Virus record (IMG/VR): IMGVR_UViG_3300045988_134806 | Coordinates: 535-64,534 of that record | Source of the DNA: a virus | DNA: 64,000 nt | Direction: 5' to 3' (one strand) | In this document: one piece after another, positions 17,500-23,215 of the stretch | How the letters are laid out: every line of letters begins with the position of its first letter | Position numbering within the stretch: position 1 is the stretch's first letter | Position numbers and translations under genes: made by a program | The notes under the pieces: model-generated | What the model was told of the DNA's origin: nothing | What the model saw: the letters and a program-made list of their open reading frames with translations, nothing else | The model's database searches: none

Positions 17500-18639
17500 A
17501 TGGCAAAGCTCCGTACCACCGACGTTCTCAAACTTCCCGACGGCTTCCACGCCGACGAAAACGGACTGTACTTATATGTGCGTGGAAACTCCCGCACTTG
17601 GGTCTATCGAGGGACCGTAAGAGGAAAGAGAGTTAAACGAGGTTTAGGTTCTGCCAAACTCATTTCTCTTGCTCAAGCGCGCCAAAAGGCTTTGGAGTTC
17701 AAACAAGCCGGAGTTCAGGAAACGGTAAAGAGCGTAAAGTTCCAAGACTTCTATTTAGACGCCGTGGAACACGCAGCCAAACTGAAGCAGTGGAAAAACA
17801 AAAAGTCAAAGTCTCAGTGGATCAGTACGATTAAAACCTACGCGCTCCCCGTGATCGGAGCCAAGTCGGTTAAGTCGGTCACTTCCGAGGACATCCGCAA
17901 GATCATCGACCCCATTTATGAAACCAAGACGGAAACCGCTTCTCGGCTGGTCGGAAGACTAAAGAATGTTTTCGACTATGCGCAAGTCTGCGGACTGCAT
18001 CAGGGGCCTAACCCTGCAATGTGGGTCGGAAACCTCGATCAGTTCTTTGCCCCGAAAGCAAAAGTGGCCCCGGTCAAGCACCACAAGTCGCTATCTTGGA
18101 GGGAGCTGCCGGTTGTGTTTAAGGCTCTTTGGGAAACCGGAGGAGTTGGAGCCCTGTCCGTTATGTTCGGGGCGCTTACTGCTTCCAGAGTAAATGAATT
18201 TGTGCCTGCTCAGTGGAGCGAGATAGACATAGAAAATAAGGTGTGGACGATGCCCGCCGGGCGAAGGAAAGACCAGAAGCTCTTTCCTCACAGAGTGCCG
18301 TTAAACGACAAAACTTTAATGGTTCTCGACAGGCTGCCGACGAGAGAAGGGAATATGTTCCCCGCATGGAGCGGGCCGAAGCATCAAAATAAGGAAACAC
18401 CTCGGAAGACACTACATGACTTGGGGCTCGATGTGACGATGCACGGGATGCGCTCCACGTTCAGAGACTGGGCGGCAGAGACCGGGCAGGATTACGCGGC
18501 AAGTGAGAAGGCGCTTTCTCATGCAGTGGGGACTGAAGTGACCCAAGCCTACCTTAGAACAGATATGCTCGAGAAGCGCCGAGGGATTATGCAGGCTTGG
18601 GCCGACTGGTGTTTCAGTGAAATTTCAAAGAGCAGCTAA
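17500..18639 (+). CDS. int: tyrosine integrase, P4-like (DUF4102 arm domain + catalytic domain)
   Basis: N-terminus LKLPDGFHADENGLYLYVRGNSRTWVYRG (arm-type domain). Catalytic residues in ASRVNEF, HGMRSTFRDW and SHAVGTEVTQAYLRTD (R, HxxR, H, Y). Confidence 0.9.
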   Translation: MAKLRTTDVLKLPDGFHADENGLYLYVRGNSRTWVYRGTVRGKRVKRGLGSAKLISLAQARQKALEFKQAGVQETVKSVKFQDFYLDAVEHAAKLKQWKNKKSKSQWISTIKTYALPVIGAKSVKSVTSEDIRKIIDPIYETKTETASRLVGRLKNVFDYAQVCGLHQGPNPAMWVGNLDQFFAPKAKVAPVKHHKSLSWRELPVVFKALWETGGVGALSVMFGALTASRVNEFVPAQWSEIDIENKVWTMPAGRRKDQKLFPHRVPLNDKTLMVLDRLPTREGNMFPAWSGPKHQNKETPRKTLHDLGLDVTMHGMRSTFRDWAAETGQDYAASEKALSHAVGTEVTQAYLRTDMLEKRRGIMQAWADWCFSEISKSS

Positions 18640-19167
18640 CTCAGAGAGAATCTTTTCTCGCTCGATCTGAAGGTCGAGCATTCTGAGCCGGGCTTCGAGT
18701 TCTTTTCGTCTCTCGCTGGTGTTCTGACTGCGTTGTACCTCGCAAACTTCCGTAAGCACAGGTTCATTACGTTCATCGGGTTCTTCCACGGGGATAGTCT
18801 CTTTAGCTGCTTCCAAGAAAGTTTCCGCCGTCGGGGGCGCTCCATGGATTCTTGCATACTCTCCGCGTTTGATAAGCTCCTCGTAGGTAAAAGCATAGTA
18901 AGTCAGATAGGGGTAGTAGACCGACGGATCAGTGTCGAGCTCTTCAGAGTAATAATTGCCGAGGTAGATATTGGTTGCTCTCTGCCCAAATCTAACAAAG
19001 GTACTTAGTGTCTTCTTTCCGATGCGAAGGTATATTCCAGTACCGCCGCCAAAACTTATCAGCACCTGAGTAGGTTTTTTAGATTCCGGTATTTCGAGGT
19101 AATTCTTAATGGCTTGGTCAATTTGACTTTGTGTGCGCAATGGCACCCTGCTATAATAAGCTCTCAT
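18625..19167 (-). CDS. protein with an integrase-arm-like N-terminal segment; function unknown
   Basis: 180 aa. GGGTGIYLRIGKKTLSTFVRFGQRATNIYLGNY resembles the DUF4102 arm DNA-binding motif of P4-type integrases. Coiled-coil C-terminus. Its 3' end overlaps the int 3' end by 15 nt (convergent). Confidence 0.6.
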   Translation of the reverse strand: MRAYYSRVPLRTQSQIDQAIKNYLEIPESKKPTQVLISFGGGTGIYLRIGKKTLSTFVRFGQRATNIYLGNYYSEELDTDPSVYYPYLTYYAFTYEELIKRGEYARIHGAPPTAETFLEAAKETIPVEEPDERNEPVLTEVCEVQRSQNTSERRKELEARLRMLDLQIEREKILSELAAL

Positions 19168-19193
19168 AACAATCTCACAGTTTTATCGACATA

Positions 19194-19220
19194 GGGGTCC
19201 TCACAGGCCCCTTTCTTTTT
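19194..19220 (+). terminator. plus-strand rho-independent terminator inside the minus-strand block
   Basis: GGGGTC-CTCACA-GGCCCC (one G-U pair) followed by TTTCTTTTT on the plus strand. Overlaps the stop codon of the excisionase-like gene. Confidence 0.5.
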
Positions 19221-19437
19221 ACATAGAAGCTAAGCGCTCAGCGGCGTTTTTCTTGGCAACGAGCTTTTGGCAAATGCCTTCGAGAAGAGCGTTGATGTCT
19301 TCTTCAAAATAAAGCTTGTCTTTGCCTAAACCCATCGTGCCGGTAATCTTGCCCTCGTCTTCAAGGCGCTTGAACGTGGAAAGGGAGATGCGAAGCATCT
19401 CCATCGCTTCCTTTCTTGTGACAAGCTTCTTAGGCAT
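19219..19437 (-). CDS. excisionase / MerR-AlpA-type HTH DNA-binding protein
   Basis: 72 aa. VTRKEAMEMLRISLSTFKRLEDEGKI is a typical HTH_17/Xis helix-turn-helix. Located near int. Confidence 0.7.
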   Translation of the reverse strand: MPKKLVTRKEAMEMLRISLSTFKRLEDEGKITGTMGLGKDKLYFEEDINALLEGICQKLVAKKNAAERLASM

Positions 19438-19438
19438 G

Positions 19439-19873
19439 TTATTTCCTCTCTAAACGTTTGATTTCAAAATTCACGACGGTCTCTAAGTTCTGCCAGAAAG
19501 TCTTTGGCTGGTCGCCCGGATCTTCGTGGGGCCTTTCATCGTTAATTTCCACGCCCGGGTAATACGCAGCGCGGATCAGATCGTTGTCGATGTTCTCGCA
19601 GAACAAACGGAAAAGACGGCCGTCGATAAGCCACATTTCCTCTCTGTCGTTGAGGTACCAAGCGGCTTTCTTGAGATCGAGAAGCTTGGACTCTTTCTCC
19701 GTCTTCCCCGGATAGAGCTTCTTGCCAGCGCGTAAGATGTACTTCAGCGCGTTGCCCTGCGGGTAAGCGAGGAATCTGAAAACCACATGGGGTTCGATCC
19801 AAAAACGGTTTTCAACATAGTGCTTCGGGTGGTTAACTTCGTCGTATTTTTCCACGGTTATTCTCCTTAACAA
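19439..19873 (-). CDS. DUF3310-family phage protein
   Basis: VNHPKHY...IEP...GNALKYILRAGKK...LLDLKKAAWYLNDRE matches the DUF3310 signature as I recall it. Confidence 0.7.
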   Translation of the reverse strand: MLRRITVEKYDEVNHPKHYVENRFWIEPHVVFRFLAYPQGNALKYILRAGKKLYPGKTEKESKLLDLKKAAWYLNDREEMWLIDGRLFRLFCENIDNDLIRAAYYPGVEINDERPHEDPGDQPKTFWQNLETVVNFEIKRLERK

Positions 19874-20142
19874 GTGACTTCATATTCTTTGATGTAGTGG
19901 TCAAACGGGTTCTCCCGAGGCTCCTTAGATGGAGCAGGAGCAAAGACCAGACGTGTCATTGACGGCTTCAGGTCTCCGAGCATTCCTATAAAGTCCTTGA
20001 AGTCGTTCACGGGGATCTCTTGCACGAGGTCGGGGCTTCCTTTTATTCTCACTGTCAAGACGACATTTTTAGAACCCGCTTGGACAGAGATCGAAAGCTC
20101 CATATTGTCTACAGCTAATTCGATTGCTTTTCTTGTCGGCAT
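19867..20142 (-). CDS. hypothetical protein
   Basis: 91-aa ORF tightly packed in the operon (7-nt overlap downstream). No motif recognised. Confidence 0.55.
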   Translation of the reverse strand: MPTRKAIELAVDNMELSISVQAGSKNVVLTVRIKGSPDLVQEIPVNDFKDFIGMLGDLKPSMTRLVFAPAPSKEPRENPFDHYIKEYEVTC

Positions 20143-20420
20143 TTCATTTCCTCTAAAAGTTTTGGGATTGCTTCATAAAGTTCTTCGAGCTGCTCTGCGG
20201 TTAAGTAGACGAATTGAGAAGCGAAACAAGCCCTTCCTCCGTCTACATCGACCACGAAGAGATCAGGCTCGTGAAGAAATTTCTTCCCGTTGTCTTCATC
20301 AGGGATGAAGATAGAGAACGAGCCCCCGTCTTCATACTTGCTGGAATCTTTCCAGCTGAAGTAATCATTTCCCTTCGACATATTTCTTCTCTTCTTCGAT
20401 CCGCTTGAGCTGGCGTTCAA
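20115..20420 (-). CDS. hypothetical protein
   Basis: 101-aa ORF overlapping both neighbours. No motif recognised. Confidence 0.5.
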   Translation of the reverse strand: MNASSSGSKKRRNMSKGNDYFSWKDSSKYEDGGSFSIFIPDEDNGKKFLHEPDLFVVDVDGGRACFASQFVYLTAEQLEELYEAIPKLLEEMKCRQEKQSN

Positions 20421-20757
20421 CCTTGGCCTTCATGTTTTCTTCAAGCAGTGCCTCAAACTCCGGTGTTACAGAAGCGAAGTATTCAAACTGTTTGACAAGC
20501 ACAAACACATCGGCCATCTCTTTGATGGAATCCTTGGAAGCGATGTCCCACTTGTGGTCGAAGTGCCCTTTGGCTTCTTCGTGCTCCACGGCTAACTGGG
20601 AATAAACAACGTTCTTCAGGGTGGCAGCAGAAAACTCAGCAGCCTCTTCGGCAAACTTAATCATTTGCACGTTCGGGCCGTAGTGTTTGGCGATGGTTTC
20701 AATATCAGTTTTCAGTTTCGAGTCCATGTTTGTAACCTTTGAAAAATTCGCCGACAT
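20365..20757 (-). CDS. MazG-like nucleotide pyrophosphohydrolase
   Basis: KFAEEAAEFSAA (EExxE) and IKEMADVFVLV (ExxD) motifs of all-alpha NTP pyrophosphatases. The true start may be the internal ATG at 20727 (MDSKLKT). Confidence 0.6.
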   Translation of the reverse strand: MSANFSKVTNMDSKLKTDIETIAKHYGPNVQMIKFAEEAAEFSAATLKNVVYSQLAVEHEEAKGHFDHKWDIASKDSIKEMADVFVLVKQFEYFASVTPEFEALLEENMKAKVERQLKRIEEEKKYVEGK

Positions 20758-21040
20758 AAGGGGCTCCGAGTTCTACGAGTTTGTCGGCACGGAGCTCGTA
20801 GATATGTCCGTTGCTTTTGCTTTCTCTGGTATGGCGGGTAACCAGTCCGGATTCAACCAGTTGTTGCACCGCTCTGCTGAAGGTTTGTCTGGGAAAATTT
20901 CCTCTTGCCACCAACTGCCCGGCAGATACTCTCATTTGAAGGTTCACCGAGTAGAGAAAGAAGAAAAGCAAAATTCTTGTACTTGGAGAAAAGGGTGTCT
21001 CACTTAGACACCACTCCGGTAATGTGTTGATGACTGTCAT
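20705..21040 (-). CDS. winged-helix (MarR-like) DNA-binding protein
   Basis: 111 aa. SAGQLVARGNFPRQTFSRAVQQLVESGLVTRHTRESKSNGHIYEL looks like a wHTH recognition helix plus wing. Confidence 0.55.
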   Translation of the reverse strand: MTVINTLPEWCLSETPFSPSTRILLFFFLYSVNLQMRVSAGQLVARGNFPRQTFSRAVQQLVESGLVTRHTRESKSNGHIYELRADKLVELGAPYVGEFFKGYKHGLETEN

Positions 21041-21286
21041 TTAAAAGCCCTGGTACATGCGAATGGCCGTGAGCCCGCTTGGCAGAAGGGCCGTTAGCGC
21101 AAAAAGTCCAAGCGCCCAGAAAAACGCTATGGTTACTGCTCTTTTTTGGCTAGATGAGGTAGCGTCAGCGGAACCGGCGATTGAGATAACAAGAAAGAAA
21201 GCCGCCACAGCGCCCAAACAAATTCTGATTGCAGAAGCGCTTCCCGCGTAGTAAGCGAGCCACCAAGGAAGATTGATTTCTGTCAT
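21041..21286 (-). CDS. small membrane protein
   Basis: 81 aa with two hydrophobic helices (ICLGAVAAFFLVISIAG, AFFWALGLFALTALL). Confidence 0.55.
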   Translation of the reverse strand: MTEINLPWWLAYYAGSASAIRICLGAVAAFFLVISIAGSADATSSSQKRAVTIAFFWALGLFALTALLPSGLTAIRMYQGF

Positions 21287-21287
21287 G

Positions 21288-21638
21288 TCATTCCTCTTTC
21301 AATTTCTTTTGAACATATTGGTCGGCCCATTGGAGAGCCCCCTTGGAAATGCTTTGAACCTCAACGTTGTTAACGACCGCAGGTATTAGGATCATCGCAG
21401 CAACTGTTTTTTGGCTCGGAACCAATATCTTTCCTGTTAGAAAAACTAATGAAGACGTGGTTGCGATGAGAAACCATTTAATAAAGGTTCTTTTGCCTCT
21501 TTCGTCGAAGTCTCCGGTAATTAGGCTAAATGCTGTAACCCCGGCAGCACATGCGCAGAAAACAGAAATCGCTTCAAAAGCACCCCTGATCGGATCGAGA
21601 ATGCTTAGAAGGTAAATATCTAATGGTGTTATTTCCAT
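21288..21638 (-). CDS. membrane protein
   Basis: 116 aa with three hydrophobic segments, 1 nt from the downstream gene. Confidence 0.6.
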   Translation of the reverse strand: MEITPLDIYLLSILDPIRGAFEAISVFCACAAGVTAFSLITGDFDERGKRTFIKWFLIATTSSLVFLTGKILVPSQKTVAAMILIPAVVNNVEVQSISKGALQWADQYVQKKLKEE

Positions 21639-21647
21639 CTTTCCCTC

Positions 21648-22550
21648 CTAAACTGCCACGGGGGCTTTGATTGCCGGGTGATACTTGTAGTTGTAGACAG
21701 TGATGTCTTCGAACTCGTAGTCCCACGGATACTCGTGCTGACGGCCGAACTGAATGAACGCTTGCTGCGGGTAGGGAGAGCGGGAAAGCTGGAGCTTTGC
21801 CTGCTCGATGTGGTTCTCGTAGATGTGAACGTCACCGCCTGTCCAAACGAACTCACCCGGCTTAACACCCAGACAGTCAGCAAAAATGGCTGTCAAGATG
21901 GCGTAAGAAGTAATATTGAAGGGGAGCCCTAAAAACGCATCACAGCTTCTTTGGTAGAGTTGGCAGGAAAGCTCCTCGTTGTTGTTCAAGTAAAACTGGA
22001 ACAGGCAGTGACATGGTGGAAGCGCCATCTGAGGCAGCTGAAGAGGGTTCCACGCCACAACCAAGTGACGGCGGGATGTCGGGTTTGTCTTAAGACTTTC
22101 AAACACTCGCCGGATCTGGTCGGCAGACTCCGTCATAGAAAACTTTGCTCTTTCGTCCTCGTCGTAATACATGCCGGAACGCAAGACTTCGCCCGTCTTT
22201 ATCTTTCCCTTCTTGGTACGGATCGTGGCAACCGTTCCAGCAGCAGAGAAGTCTCGGAACTGAGCTCCATAGATGGGTCCAAGGTCGCCGTCTTCACGCG
22301 CCCATTCATTCCAAATAGTGACTCCTCTTTCTTTAAGGTACTCGTTGTTGGTCTTGCCTTTGAGCATCCACAGAAGCTCGTGGATGACGGACTTCAGATG
22401 GACACGTTTCGTGGTAACAATCGGGAGATACTTGCGCATATCAAAGCGCATTTGGTACCCGAAGATGGCTCGGGTACCGACGCCTGTGCGGTCGTCTCTG
22501 TGTTCACCTTCCTTGAGGATTTTGTCTAAGAGTTCTAAGTATTGTTTCAT
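21648..22550 (-). CDS. thyA: thymidylate synthase (ThyA family)
   Basis: MKQYLELLDKILKEGEHRDDRTGVGT..., TTKRVHLKSVIHELLWMLKG, ALPPCHCLFQFY (catalytic Cys) and CQLYQRSCDAFLGLPFNITSYA are near-identical to canonical ThyA blocks. There is an extra insert of about 30-35 aa before the SRRHLVVAWNP block. Confidence 0.93.
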   Translation of the reverse strand: MKQYLELLDKILKEGEHRDDRTGVGTRAIFGYQMRFDMRKYLPIVTTKRVHLKSVIHELLWMLKGKTNNEYLKERGVTIWNEWAREDGDLGPIYGAQFRDFSAAGTVATIRTKKGKIKTGEVLRSGMYYDEDERAKFSMTESADQIRRVFESLKTNPTSRRHLVVAWNPLQLPQMALPPCHCLFQFYLNNNEELSCQLYQRSCDAFLGLPFNITSYAILTAIFADCLGVKPGEFVWTGGDVHIYENHIEQAKLQLSRSPYPQQAFIQFGRQHEYPWDYEFEDITVYNYKYHPAIKAPVAV

Positions 22551-22553
22551 TTT

Positions 22554-22733
22554 TTAGCCGAAGTTGATGGTGTAAATCAATGCGATAACAAATGTCAGAG
22601 TCACGATGAGAATGGAGAAAGCCATTCCCCCTTTAGTACGTGCAACGGCGAGTATTGCTAAATACATCATTAAGCCGCCTATGCATGTGGCTAACCGCAC
22701 AAACTCAATAGTGGTTTTTAAAAGAAGTTCCAT
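22554..22733 (-). CDS. small two-helix membrane protein (59 aa, below the track cutoff)
   Basis: Hand translation gives MELLLKTTIEFVRLATCIGGLMMYLAILAVARTKGGMAFSILIVTLTFVIALIYTINFG. It fills the gap between the tRNA-like gene and thyA. Confidence 0.5.
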   Translation of the reverse strand: MELLLKTTIEFVRLATCIGGLMMYLAILAVARTKGGMAFSILIVTLTFVIALIYTINFG

Positions 22734-22747
22734 AGTTATCCTTAAAG

Positions 22748-22840
22748 TGCGAGGGGAGAGATTCGAACTCTCAATGCCGATCTGATCGTGCTTCGATTCA
22801 CGCCATGTCGTCGGTGTTTCGCCTTCCTAACAGCCCTCGC
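22748..22840 (-). tRNA. tRNA-like gene, 93 nt, isotype unresolved (non-canonical anticodon region)
   Basis: Perfect 7-bp acceptor stem GCGAGGG/CCCTCGC with discriminator A. Canonical T arm GAGAG-TTCGAAT-CTCTC. Possible D arm GTT-AGGAAGGCG-AAC. The central part does not fold into a 5-bp/7-nt anticodon arm by eye. Confidence 0.55.
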
Positions 22841-23215
22841 TTAAATTCCCAAGGCGGAGAATGGAGAAGGATTCTGATTTCGCTTCATCTCGTCGATGGT
22901 CTTTTGAATCCTCGCCAAATCTGCCTGTCTGCGGCGGAGTCTTTTTGCCTCTTTAATCCTTTCCTCAAGGGCATACTCCGCGTCTTTTCGTTTAATCAGT
23001 TCTACTTTTTTCTCGTATGTGTGGAGAGTTGAAAAAGCAATTTCCTTTTTCATGTAATCCAAGAGCACTTCGACGTTGGCTGCGAGCTCTATCAACCCCG
23101 GCTCCCGCAGCCAATTCAATCTGGCGTCGGTCGGAATCAGATCCCTAATCACTCCCAGATACTCTCTGATTTCCGAGTTACTTGGTTCCGGTGAGCTTGA
23201 TGTCGTCTCTGTCAT
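22841..23215 (-). CDS. hypothetical coiled-coil protein
   Basis: The ATG at 23215 overlaps the primase 3' end. The 124-aa product begins MTETTSSSPEPSN. Charged helical C-terminus. Its stop codon abuts the 5' end of the tRNA-like gene. Confidence 0.55.
   Translation of the reverse strand: MTETTSSSPEPSNSEIREYLGVIRDLIPTDARLNWLREPGLIELAANVEVLLDYMKKEIAFSTLHTYEKKVELIKRKDAEYALEERIKEAKRLRRRQADLARIQKTIDEMKRNQNPSPFSALGI

Noticed and set aside
22805-23032. 75-aa plus-strand ORF overlapping the tRNA-like gene and the 124-aa minus gene
   Set aside because: It overlaps a structured RNA gene and a coupled minus-strand ORF. It has no RBS and a low-complexity translation.
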